The notes under the pieces were generated by a model. It was not told the origin of the DNA, made no database searches, and worked only from the letters and a program-made list of their open reading frames with translations. From Minutocellus sp. GHC0000111 (lineage: Eukaryota): a stretch of DNA of 64,000 bases. The stretch spans positions 2,852,001 through 2,916,000 of the forward strand of contig OZ361259.1 of assembly GCA_977018835.1 (NCBI GenBank), in the 5' to 3' direction. Positions 33,201-45,539 of this stretch are shown here, in pieces; the stretch's first letter is position 1; each line of letters opens with the position of its first letter. Position numbers and translations under genes: made by a program.

Positions 33201-35165
33201 CGGTTCGAGATCGGGTGGTAAATTCGGCCAATCTTGCTCTTGGAACTCCCGTTGCTTCATAATGACATTGTCCACAGCCTCCTCAGCCAGCCTCAACTTG
33301 GCATCTTCTTGCAGTGAATTCTCCGCACCGATGAGGTCCAAGATCTCTGCGACAGCCTTGGCCCGATCCATGTAGAATTTCTTGACGATTCCAAAGGCAT
33401 ATTGCTTGAGCTCAATGCGAATCGTTTCCTCTCTCTTTGCGCTTTCTGCTTTGGAGGTATCTCCCTCGGAAGAGAATACCGAAGCGTTGTCAACCTTGCT
33501 CAGATCACCATTAGTATCAGATATTTGCTGACCACCCGGTTGTGCCCCCTCCTGGTTTTGCTTCTCTTGGTCTTGCTCTTCTACTATCTGTCGTTGTCCC
33601 AAAACGATATCAAACATTGCGTCCACGGCATCTTCGGCCAGTTTCAATTTTTTACCTTCTTGAAGTAACTTCGTTGGTGCTTCATGGCTCGGATCCTTTT
33701 CCGACATTTCAATTACCATTTCGACTGCCTTGGCCCGATTCATATTGCACCTTCTGAGAGCAAGGTAAGCGAATCCCTTGAGCTCTTCGCTCATGTCATG
33801 TTCGGACAAACTGCTACTGCCGTTGAGACGGAGTGATTCCTCCTCAAACAATGCTTTGTCATCGGCAACAGAGTCTGCAAGGTATCGGATGGCTTCATCG
33901 ATCGCCTGTTCAGCCAATGCCGTCCGATCACGATCCGCCATCATCGGTGAATTCTGGGCCAGCAGTCCATTGAGTTCCTTTAGAGACTTTTTCCGATCCA
34001 TTCCATTCCGTCTCAAAATAGACATTGCTTCGTTTTCGACTGAGTAGGCTCCGGGCCGCTGCTGCTGAATCTCTTGCTCTTTGCGAATTTCCTTCGCCAG
34101 TCTCGCGTTGCCATCGTCCTGCACCGCTTTCAAGGCTGCGTTGACGGCATCCTCAGCGAGCCTCAACGTTTCGTCTTCTGGCAGTATTTTCGTTGGTGCC
34201 ACATTGCGTGCAACTTTTACCACCACTCGTTTCATTTCTTCGACTGCCTTGGAACGATCTATGCCACACCGTGCGAGAACGCCGTAGGCTTTTCCCTTGA
34301 GCTCAGCACGAAGTGCTTCCTCAAGCATCATTGCGTTCTGTGCTTCCGATATATCTCCCTCCGAAGAGACCGCCGCGTAGTCATCGTCCCCGAACCAACC
34401 ACCGCTAAGATCACCGACGGTATGAGATTTTGGCTTTCCGCTCGGGTCAGCGCCGTTTTGTGCTGCCTTTTGCTTCTGCTTCTCTTTCTGCTCCTGTTTC
34501 TCTCGTCGCCGCTGCTTCGCCGTGGCACCGAAAACTACATCAACCGCCTCCTCGGCCAGCTTCACTTGTGCATCCTTCTGCTGAAACTTCTTGGGCACAA
34601 TCATTCCCATCTTGTTGGAGCCGATCAGCTCCGTAACGTCTTCGATTGCCTTGGACCGGTCCATATCGAACAAATCCAGGGCGCAGTGGGCTCGTCTCTC
34701 GAGTTCATAACGAAGTGCTTCCTCCGCAAGATCTCGCAATGACGATTCAACTTGCTCTCCTGCAATATCCGCCCGTATCTCGGCATGTAGGCTTGGCGAA
34801 GTTCGGGCCAAAAGTTCCTTGAGCTCGTCGACGGCCTTTCCCCGGTTATAATTATTCCGTCTCAAAATGGTCGGTGCTTCTCGTTGGGCTAGCAGAAAGG
34901 TTTCCTCAATCATCTTTTTTTCGGAGTCTTCTTGATCCGACTCATTCTTCAAGCCAGCTTTTTCTTTCGAATCCTTTGCCGGTGTGCCTAGATTCAACCC
35001 ATTTATCGTACCCATGATTTCCTCCAACGACTGTGTGGTCATGCCGGTGCGCTCGGCGTCAACAATCTTCGCCTCGTCATTCTGCTGCTGCTGCTTCTTG
35101 CTCTTCATTTTGCCGCCCGCGGCTTTCTTCTTCGCCGAGGAATTACCCTTGCGGCGGCTTGGCAT
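30216..35165 (-). pseudogene. Multidomain protein: helical repeats - KIX(Med15-type) - RING/RING-H2 - Sel1 repeats - ubiquitin-like - TAZ; intron 31937-31853; lesioned in the Ubl
   Basis: KIX-like WHSDDNMKARNDM...LEGQLYKSAPSLDAYRDTSTL, phase-0 intron GTAAGA...TTTTAG, RING-H2 CTLC..CGHVYHFEC..CPEC, Sel1 repeats and a TAZ-like His/Cys pattern. Lesions are -1 in an A-run (30695-30692) and TAA at 30680-30678. Confidence 0.7.
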
Positions 35166-35643
35166 GGTTTTTCAATATTATGCAACTGATACAGCTAGCA
35201 TGTGAACACATATGTTAAGCGAACCGATGGCATTTGTTCAATCATCTGCTACAGTCACGTACGCATGCGCTTCGGGCCGGCATGGGCATGGGCCCGAGTC
35301 GAGGAAATGAGCAGATGAATGGAAGTGCACTCCCCAGAAGCGCATTTCTTCTCATTTTTTTGAACATCCATTTTTGGGTGTACCGCTAGCTGCGAAAAAT
35401 TATACCGGTACAAAACCCTTACCGCAATATTATGATGCCATCTTGTACCGGCAAGATGGACGTGCAATAGATTGACAATTTCTTTTTTATTCAGTTTGGA
35501 TGAAGGAGGTCCATGTGTGTTGATGTGCTGCTGCCAGCAGCCATCGCCAGCTGCCAGCAGTCACAGTCGACAGGCACGCCTGTCGTCGCCCGTCTTTTTC
35601 CAGGAGGTTATGAGCCAAAGAGTTAATAGACCGTCTGCAAGCA

Positions 35644-35960
35644 GCTGGAGAGGTCGGAAAAAAATCTCGATCGGCGAAGTTCGTCATCGCAACACGGAAT
35701 CCTTTTTTACTTTATTTTTTCCGGCGGAAAGATTTCTTTTTCCGCGGAAGAAAAGGGCGAGGATTTTTTTCCGGCGGAAGATTTTCACATGAAAGTGTTC
35801 AAAACAGCAAGGAAAATTTTGGCGAAGTCGGAAAAAAACTTCGCCAAAACTTTCCGACGGAAAAATAAATCTTTCCGCGGAAACTTCTTCTCAAGAAAAT
35901 CTTCCGACGGAAAAAAATCTCTTCAAAACACCCGCAAGAAAATTTTCCGACCTCTCCAGC
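35644..35960. mobile_element. Foldback/MITE-like element, about 317 bp
   Basis: Perfect 18-bp TIR gctggagaggtcggaaaa (35644-35661 / 35943-35960) with AGCA on both flanks, plus nested internal inverted repeats of the ttccg.cggaa motif. Confidence 0.65.
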
Positions 35961-36280
35961 AGCAACACGCCAAAAGTCACAGTCACACGACCGGTAGGCT
36001 ACATGTACCATACCTACCTCCTTGTGTACCAACTTGTTGATGTCATATTCTGCGCTGCTGCCTGTGGTTAGACATCCGACGTTGAGGCCGGGAGCATCCG
36101 CCTGCCTTCTTTAGCTCTCGCTGGTTGCTTACGGCTCGCTCGCCTCGGCTTCTGAATGTTGCGAAGACATCGACAGTCCCCAGCGACGTAGCACTACTTT
36201 CATTGGGCGGTAACAGTCAACGAATACAGGACTGTGAAGAAGTGAATATGCATCGCCTCGCAGCCGCAGGAGGACCAACG

Positions 36281-38414
36281 ATGCCAATGAGAAGAACGAG
36301 AAGCACAATTTCACAGCCTTTGCACTATTTGGCGATTCTAGTCCTTCTGCACGGAGTAGTACCGAATTGTCTGTTTTCTCCAATACACATAACAACAATC
36401 ATCGCACTGGTCGAGGCTCGGCACTACAAGTTTGCGCTTTGCCCCCAAATTCATAAACAATGGCTACTTTGACATTGCACGCGATGGATGTGTCGATAGG
36501 GCCGCTCAACTGTCCAACGACGACGACACGTTCGAGTGTCTGTACGTGGGCACAGAGGTACCCAAAGAATTCGGAGACCTTCAAGCCGAAGCCATATTGG
36601 CGGCCATGGAAAATCATCCAGATCTCGACGGACTGTCCATATCGGTGACCGAAGCCGAAGAGCTGCAAATTGTGTACCAACGAGCTGCCGAGCGAGGCAT
36701 CCCATTCGTTACCTTCGATTCGGACGATGTCGCCAGCGATCGGCTAGCGTACATTGGCACCGACAACTTCTTTATGGGGACACAGCTGTCGAAAGTACTG
36801 CAGAAGCTCAATCCGTTGGGTGGGACGTATGCCGTGTTGAGCAGCGACGCGCCCAATTTGCAAGAGAGGGCCGACGGCGTCACGAGTGTGCTGGACGCCG
36901 ATCCTAAATGGACCGCGGTCGGGGGCATCAACAACACTGGCATCGTCTCCTACGCCGGCAACAACTCGGCTGGTCTACCTCTCATGACGGAAACGCTCGC
37001 CGAACACCCAAGCCTCACGGCATTCCTATCTACCAATTCTGTTGCCATGGGATATTATGGATTCGACGAATGGTCCGAGCTGGTCCAAACATATCCCGGC
37101 ACCACATTCATTGCCGGCGACGATGACATATGGCAGCTCGAATATCTCAAGGTGAACAAAATTCATGGATTGGTCGGGCAGATTCCCTACGAGATGGGTG
37201 TGCTCAGTGTCGATGCCTTGCGGGAGGCAGTGGATCGGAAGGAATTTCCAGATAAATTTCGTGAGGGAGACATGGCCGAGTTCTGGCCAACGAATGTACT
37301 TGAACATCTCGTCGTTCCCGTAGAGCTGCCGGAGTTGGTGGTCAACACCAATGAGCTGCCTTCATGAGCGCTGGGGATTGTTTGTGCCTTCCTGGCCGTA
37401 GTTTGGATTACCGCCATGGCCTTTGTGGCATGGGCCGGTTGGAATCGGAAACGTCGTGTCGTGGCGCTGGCCCAGCCAGAATTTCTCGTCATGGTGGCAT
37501 TCGGGTGTGTGGTCCTGGCGGCGACGTTGGTACCTCTATCCCTGGAGAGAAAGAACCGGGAAGGTCAATCCAGCATATGCATGGCATCCATGTGGACAAT
37601 ATTCATCGGTTGGACCATCATCTTCTCGGCACTATTTGCCAAGGCTTGGCGGATCAATCACGTTGTTCGAGCCAGCCAGATATGCAGGCGTGTAGTGATT
37701 ACCAAATGGGATGTCTTGAAGCCCTTTGCATTACTCCTAGTCGCAAATGTTGTCATATTGATATGTTGGACTCTCATTGACCCCTTGGTATATGTGACGG
37801 TCGATGCTCCCGGGGTTGATGAGTGGAATAGGGTCATCGAGACGTATGGATTTTGCGAATCCCGAGGCTCGGCATTGCCATACATTATTCCCCTGGCGGT
37901 ACTGAACATTGGACTGTTGATCCTTGCTAACTACCAAGCTTTTCAGGCTCGAAACTTGGAGAAAGAATATCATGAATCTCAATACATTTTCATTGCCATG
38001 GTTTCTCTTTTGCAGTTGGTTGTGATTGGTGCGCCAATTCTCCTCCTTGTACGCGACACGCCTTTGGCATGGTATCTCACCATAGCGTCAATGATCTTTT
38101 TCATTTCTCATGGCATTCTTCTGTTGATATTCATTCCCAAGATCAACATTGCACGAAATCATGCGGATAGCCGGAATAGTAGCAGCATGAACCTTTCGTC
38201 ATATGGTCGTTCATCCTTTCCCAAGTCCTCTGTTGCACTTAGAAAAAGTTCCGCTGGAGGAGGTAGCATCAGCAGCAATGGGCAACTAGGACTACCACGT
38301 CCCTCGGACGCGGGGCGGTCCAGCGTTCGAAGTTCAATACCGGATTCAGATTCGAAAGATGACATGGATGCTAGTAGCGGTGATATCTTCACAATCGAAG
38401 AGGAAGAAAATTGA
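36281..38414 (+). pseudogene. Class C-type GPCR (7tm_3) with N-terminal periplasmic sugar-binding-protein-like domain; disrupted
   Basis: PBP motifs GIPFVTFDSD, YIGTDNFFMG and GQIPYEMG; 7TM motifs AQPEFL, ALFAKAWRIN, WTLIDPL and EYHESQYI. Lesions are a +1 frameshift at about 36438-36446 and an in-frame TGA at 37365-37367. Confidence 0.85.
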
Positions 38415-38550
38415 CAAAGCGAGGTGGTAGATCAGGCTGGCCGGGGCTAAAATATTGTACGTAGAATTTCAAGTTGAAGAAACTGAGTATGTGCAAATGA
38501 ATTTTAAACGTACTATCGAATTCTGTCATATACAATGACTCTAAGCTCCT

Positions 38551-41500
38551 CTAATCTAATTTGCGGTCAACGACGGGAGCCAAGGTGGCATCGGCGTTTG
38601 TCTCTTCTTCACCATTTTGGATGGCGTCGTCATCTGGTCCACCAAGGACCGATTTGAGCTGAGATATCATGTCTCTGGCAATATGTTGTATAGACGACGC
38701 AACAGAATTGGCGGCCGAGCTACTCACAGAAGCTTCACCATCGTTACCATCATCGTCGTCACCATAGAGGTTTCTTGCGCCTGAGCTATAACCATAGGGA
38801 TCAGCAGGATCGTAAGGAGCTTTCATCGGTGAGTTAGCCGGGGTCTCGTCATCCGTCTCGCTGCCCGATGAGTTCTTGTCTTGATGGGCGCTCTTCTTTT
38901 CTTCAATTGTATTGCCTTCCATGTCACGAGATAATACCACATCTCTACATACTTTGCTGGGTTCCTTTCCACTCCTTCGGCGGATGTAAAAGTAAGCTAA
39001 TCCACTAGCCGCTACCACCAGAACCAGGAGTATAGCGATCACAAGAAGTCCAGTCATGATGGGATCCTTCTCGTTATCACCTGCGTGTGTCTTCGTATTA
39101 GAGGGACCTGCAGAGACTTTGTCAATCACCTCCGCCGATACCGATTGCACGTGCTGATACCCTAATGCAATTCCACCGGCCTCCGCTACAAATTCTCGAA
39201 GATCACTCGTCAATTCGTCTTCCACTGCATCGAGGGCCTTGACTTGAGCACTCTGCAAAGCAAACGCATCAGGAATGGACTGCAAATCATCCTCACGATC
39301 AAAGATGGCTAGACCACCAAATGTGGAAGTATACAAAAGACCATCGCCGTCGGTAACTGCCCTTTCGCCCTTTCGAGCGAAGCGAATGCCATGCAGAGGG
39401 GTCGAACCAGGAAAATTGATCGCCAAGGCAACGGCCGAGCTCACTGCGTCCGAAGCGGCCGACTTGATTTCATCCTCGAGCAACGCAACAAGATCGACGT
39501 TGGAATCACCTGCAAGTCGCCGTCTTCTTGCAATATCATTGGCAAACCTTACCGAAACGGACATGTCCAGAAGGCTGACAACAAATTTCGTGCTCTTCTT
39601 GGGTTCATCGTCATTATCGGCAATGGGAACTGGGCTCAAGGCAATATCTTCGTCACCTCCACCGTCGAGCTCTTTTGGATCGTAGATCGCTTCCTCTGAT
39701 TTTTCGTTCTCGAAAGATGCAACTACTGGATCGGGGTCAGGCTCTGCAAGAACGACAAAGTCGCGCACATTCTCGATCGGACCATCTGACCAGGACACAA
39801 ATTCCATTTTTTCGCCATCTTCCTGGCTAAGTAGAGACGCCGCCTCTATCTCAAACTGATCGCCTTCCCAGCCGACCAAACTGACTGGCGTCTCATATTT
39901 GTCCTGGTTGATAAGAAGTGGAATGCCGCTTGGTTCCGTATCAAAGACGAGATTGACAAGCCGAGGCTGAATGTCAACAATGGTCGTGGCTGACAGCCCT
40001 TGGGAGTCGGTTGCAGTGAGATGAACTGAGAGATAACTTGTGGTGGTGGTGAGATAGTAAAAATCTTCAGGCGATGGAGCTTCCGAGATGACGATATTGT
40101 TGCCACTGGTTGGGTCGAGGAAAGGGTGGTAATGGTTGTTATGCATCTGTCGGACTTCCCAGGTCAGGGCAGAGTCTGGTAGGAGACTGTCCTCGGCATC
40201 CCACGCCATTCCCGACAGTGTAAACACATCGCCGACTGCAAATGTTGTTCCAGGAGCAATACTTTCAATCTTTGGCAGAGGGGGCGAATTATCAACGTCG
40301 ATGCGGATGGAGGTTCTACTGGATTTCCCGCCCCGGCCATCGCTCACTCGAAGAGTGGCCTCAAACGACCCGGCAGACATATAAGTATGTTGAGGACTGG
40401 GATCGGTTGAGTCTATCTCTCCATCGCCATCAAAATCCCATTGATACGTCAAAGAATCGCCAGCATCTGGATCATAACTCTCAGTGCCATCAAATTGCAC
40501 GGCCAACCGTTCTGTCGGCCGAGATGCGACTTTTGGGATCGCGATTGCTCTCGCCGGTGAACGACATCCGGAAAATTGCCTCTCCTGATTTGCCGCCAGG
40601 GAAGTGGTTGATATAATACAAACTCTGACCATCCTTGTGTGGCCCAAATATCATACTCACCACCTTCTTCTCATCGGAAAATATCTCGACATCCCATGGC
40701 GATTTGGATATCTTGCATTCGTTCCATTTGCACTCGGCGTCTTTGTTGGGAAACATGACTCTAATTCCGCCCCAGGCGTATTCGGCATAGATGTAGGCAT
40801 CATCAAAGGACGATGGCCAACCAGCATCGCGAGGGACAAACGCACCGCCGGTAATGGCGCCTCCGTCCTCGGCGTTGTGACGATAGAAATGGACGGGATA
40901 GTCGAGCCAATCTTTTGGTTCGCAGTCAAAATTGTCCTTGTCGGTGGTCTTGACACACGGCCCCTCCCTTTCGGGATAGCCATACTGGCTTCCAGCATGC
41001 CCATCGCCGCCCTCCAATACTCGTTCCCAGCTGGCATCGCCCACGTCGTTGATGAAGAAACGGGTTCTTTCGGCGTTTGGATTCATGGCAAACCGGAAAG
41101 GATTGCGCAACCCACAGGCATAGACCTCCTGACAACGCTTCTTGTGATTGCCCGACTGACCGTCCTTGTTGCATCGGACCGAATTGTCATCATTCTGGGG
41201 GGAAAAGGGATTGTCTGGCGGAATCATACCATCATCGGTAAGACGAAGGACACATCCGAGGGTAACATCGAAGGCCATGGGATACGGCGTGCCGTCGGTA
41301 CTCTTGGCTTTCTTGGTACCAGCCTCACCAACTGTCACGTACAAATTTCCATCTTTTCCAAAGGCAATGTATCCGGAGTTGTGGGTTTGTGTATTGAGTC
41401 TGCGCGTCTCAAACATGACCAGCTCGGAGTCCTTGTCTATGGATTTGAGATCCGAGTTGAGCGTGTATCGACTCATGCGATTGACGGGTCCCTCGTCCAG

Positions 41501-41944
41501 ATCCATACTGGACGAACAATCTCGGTACTTGTCGTGATTGTGAAACACATAAATGTAGGGCTTGGCTGGATAGTCAGGGTGGATGGCAATGCCCCCCAGT
41601 CCTCGAGCTCCGTTGGTGCACATTCTGTGGGGAATTTCAAAGACTTCTTCCACTTCCACATCTTCGGCATCGACGTTCTTGTCGTCCATTTCCGAAACGG
41701 GCAGACGCCATATCTTGCCGAATTTGCTGGTAACAAAGAGATACTTGCCGTCGGGTGTGAATTCCATATCGGTGGGGGCTGGCACGTACGCCACGGCCTT
41801 TTCCTCAAAGTTGTCCCGATATTCCTTGGATACCGTGAGGGTTTCATGGTATGCCGAGCAGCGGTGGAGAAGCAGGGCGGCAAGTAGAGCGACCAGGCGA
41901 GGCCAGGAAGAGTGGCGATTGGCAGTCGTGGCAGTAATAATCAT
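38551..41944 (-). pseudogene. Type I membrane protein: glucose/sorbosone (PQQ-type) dehydrogenase beta-propeller + PKD domain + TM; frameshifted
   Basis: Signal peptide; GSDH motifs HNSGYIAFGKDGNLYVTVG, GMIPPDNPF and YACGLRNPFR; PKD VQFDGTESYDPD..LTYQWDFDGDG; C-terminal TM. The frame breaks at about 40498-40508. Confidence 0.82.
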
Positions 41945-42399
41945 GATGGAATGGATCTTTGTCGGCAAAAGTAAGCCACAAGAACCTGCAAATCAGCAGG
42001 CAAGCCAATTTTCGAATGAATCTTCGGCGGCAAAAGTAGACACAAGATGTGTTGTGCAGGAGGCACAGCGAAAAGCAACACCAAGATCGAAAAGGCTTCT
42101 TCGTTATCGAATCAGCGGCGAACCTTATTGGAAGAGTGGCCAAAGGCGATTGCTTATGTCAAAGGAAAAGGATTCCGATCGGCAATATGTAATTTGTATG
42201 TGGCGAAGGAAGATTCGATTCGCGGGCCCGCCAAAATGATGATGGAGGCTGAGGTTGAAAACTCAGCTGGCAACGCGACGAACAGATATCCTCCAGTAGT
42301 ATCAAATGTGCAACAAGAGCAAAATTTCCTACCAATGATGATAAGACTATTGGCTCTGCTTTGCTCTCAACCTTCGCTGACGAAGGTGCTGCCGAAAGA

Positions 42400-45300
42400 A
42401 TGAGTTCGTCATCTTTCTTCCCAAGAGCCGAAATTCCGGCCGCACTCTCTGGTCAAATGGCTCCAACAGATGGATGGCACCAGCCCCGCACTCTCTGGTC
42501 AAATGGCTCCAACAGATGGATGGCACCAGCCCCGAAGCAAGAGGCGCTATCGCGAATGGGCATCATACCCATGTTCCAATCCCGGCGTCGGGCTAGTGGG
42601 ACCGCCTATGCTTGGCGGCGCACTCGGTGTGGGCACGCCAAACGCCGGGGCCTCCTCGCTGGTGGTTGTTGATGCGATCCCATGCAACTCGTTGGGTGCT
42701 GATGGCGGTAGTACTACTAGTAGTGGCGACGACGAAGGGGTTGGCGATGATTCTGCGGTATTGAAGCTTCATCCTGCGGTTGAAGAGTTCTTGCTGAATA
42801 TTTCAGGTTTGCTCCCTGACGCACAGCGACAAGGCTACGATTCAAACGATACCAATGCATGCGTATGCACGGACGACGGTCACGATCACGACAACGCTGA
42901 AAATAATAATCGTACAGTAACCATTCAATACATCAAGCATGGACACGTTCGGGCGGGTCGATTCGCCACAAAGCAACTGACGGAGCAGAAGAATGTCCCG
43001 GTTAACCAAAAAGTGTGTGTCGATTTGCGATTGATTCACTCGGATTCGGATCTGTTCAGAGACGCCATCGTTCACGACTGTTACAAGGATGATGATGCAA
43101 AAATGTGCGTATCGGGCGTTCCGATATCATATATGGACACCATGGAGCAGATGGGTGGTGTGGGCGTCCATCGCCATCGAGCGCTACTGTTTGTCCACCA
43201 TAGTCTTTCTGGACGGTTGGTAGCTCGGGGATCGTATGTGGTAATTGCACTCCCCCCCCATTTGGTCGTCCGATTCGATTGGGGTTGATTCGTGGGATAT
43301 ATCCTCAGACCCCACCTCTTCCTTGGAGGCTGATTTAGATGAAGTGGCAATATTTCAAGTTGAATCTATTCAAGTAATTGGTGAAAATGAATCTCATGAG
43401 GACATGCCCGCACCGCTGGTGCAGCAACCAGCCGTTTTTCCGCTCAATGTTCATGCCGACCATGACGATGAGGTGGACAATGACGAGAAATCATGTTATA
43501 GATTGATCAATTTCGAAGGTACTCCCACGTTTTCCATTCGAGTCTTTAACGAAGGTGCAAAAAAAATCGATGGGCGAAGTTGCAAAGGAGGAAATGCTAG
43601 AAATGGCAACTCGCCCGAACAGCCCTCAAATCACCTGTCCTGGATATGAAGGCCTTCTCAACGAGCTGTTGAGATTGGCACAGATTCAACATCCCTCGGC
43701 GGCCCCATCGGGGGTGATACTTACAGGCTGTACGGGAGTTGGCAAGAGTTGCATGGCATCATGCCTAGCGGATAGACTGCTAGAGCAAGATGAAGATTAC
43801 ACACCGATTGTGCGCAAAGTTTCAGCTAAAGATATTCTTCTTGCCGCAGCTTCGCATATTGATGTGAAGATGTTGATCGATCATATTTTGGGTTCAGCCA
43901 TGGTTGTTGAGTCCATGGCCCGCCGAGTTCTGATCATAGATGATCTTGATGCAGTTATTGATCTCACCGGCGAGGAGACCTCGGCACCATCAAATCCTGA
44001 GATTGTTTTGGCTGTAAACGCAATTGTTGGTGCTATTGATCTTCTCGTCAAGGGAATGACAGATGACACACCTCAGCGGTCGGTGACAAAATCTTCCGAT
44101 GGAAATGCTTCTGCTCCATTTATTTTGGGATTGTGTTGCTGCTCAAGTGAGCAAATTCCGGCCAATCTCGTTCGCGTTGGCCGCTTTGAGAAAATTGCAG
44201 TAATGGCACCACCAACGCAACATCAGAGAGAAAAAATATTCCAATCGATGCTTGAGAGTTTGCCTCTTTTGCAAGATGGATACGACAAGCAAGAGCTGGC
44301 AAAGAAGTGGGCCGTGGCTCTTGCTCCTCAAACAGCCGGCTTTGTTGCTTCCGATGTTCGTCGGGTATGTGCTGATGCCCTTACACGATTACAATCTCGT
44401 TACCTTTGCTCTCATTCCAATCTTACATCAGCTTCTTTGTCAAATGCACGGATAGTATGGAATGATGTTAGAGAATCAGCAAGAGTATGTGTTCCTTCCC
44501 AGCTCGCAAGACTCGACGTCACGTCAACATCGATGTACACAGAGCAAGTACCTGACGCTGAGGTCGAAGTTGCAGATTCATCTAAACTTGCCCATGAAAA
44601 AGCGTGGAGTATTTTTGGAGGTTATAAAGAAATGAAGAAGCGTGTCTATCGGACTGTAGTGAGCCCATGGATGCACGAGAGGATTCGACAAGTGGAGGAC
44701 GCACTCAAGACATTCAGCAACAAAACTGACTTGTTGGGTGCTCCGCTGTCCGAGTCGACAAATGATTTGTCGATGAGAATTCCTCCACCGTCGGGTATTC
44801 TCTTCTACGGGCCTTGTGGTGTCGGAAAAAGCATGGCGGCTCAATGCTTGGCTTCGTCGATGTCTCTTCCGGTAGTCAAAGTTGCTGCGTCAGACGTCCT
44901 TGATCAGTGGTTGGGAGGCTCTGAGGCTGCTATTCGATCGCTCTTTGCGAGAGCACGGTCTGCCAGCCCATGCGTCCTCCTCTTTGATGATATTGATGCC
45001 ATTGCGAGCAATCGTGACGACGATGATGGAGATTCCACGAACGTACAGTCAAGGATCCTCTCTACTCTGCTGAATGAAATGGATGGAGTATCTAGCCATA
45101 CAAATCGAGGCGGCGTCCTTGTTGTGGCAACCACAAATCGTCTCAGTGCAATAGTTTCCGCATTGCTCCGACCGGGACGCCTCGAAGAACACATTGAGCT
45201 TGGACTACCCAGCGCCTTTGATATTGAAGAAATGCTCAGGTTGCACCTTGCCAAAAGTCGCGTGGATGACGATGTCGATACTTGCGATTTGTCAAGGCGA

Positions 45301-45480
45301 CTGGAGTCAGTGGCTGCAACTGGAGCAGATGTGGAGGGGATTTGTACTGGCGCATGCCTGCGTGCGATTCGACGAGCAACCGAAGGCAGTTTTGACGAGA
45401 CTGATGATGCTGCTATTGGACTTGGTGCACAGGACTTTCGTCTAGCATTCCAAGCAATCAATGCTCACGATATCGGATAG
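42400..45480 (+). pseudogene. Double-ring AAA+ ATPase (CDC48/AFG2/PEX-like family), disrupted
   Basis: Walker A GCTGVGKS and GPCGVGKS, Walker B LIIDDLD and LLFDDID, SRH ALLRPGRL. Lesions are a 46-bp tandem duplication, C8 (43252-59) and A8 (43559-66). Confidence 0.8.
42442..42533 (+). repeat. Perfect 46-bp tandem duplication
   Basis: gcactctctggtcaaatggctccaacagatggatggcaccagcccc occurs twice (42442-42487, 42488-42533). Confidence 0.95.
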
Positions 45481-45539
45481 AAGGAAAAGACTGCAACTGC
45501 GACAAGTACTACTAGGCCTAACTAATATATTTAACACAC

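Noticed and set aside
35644..35960. CRISPR-like array
   Set aside because: The repeats are irregular in length and spacing, arranged as inverted pairs, with no cas genes and a eukaryotic context.
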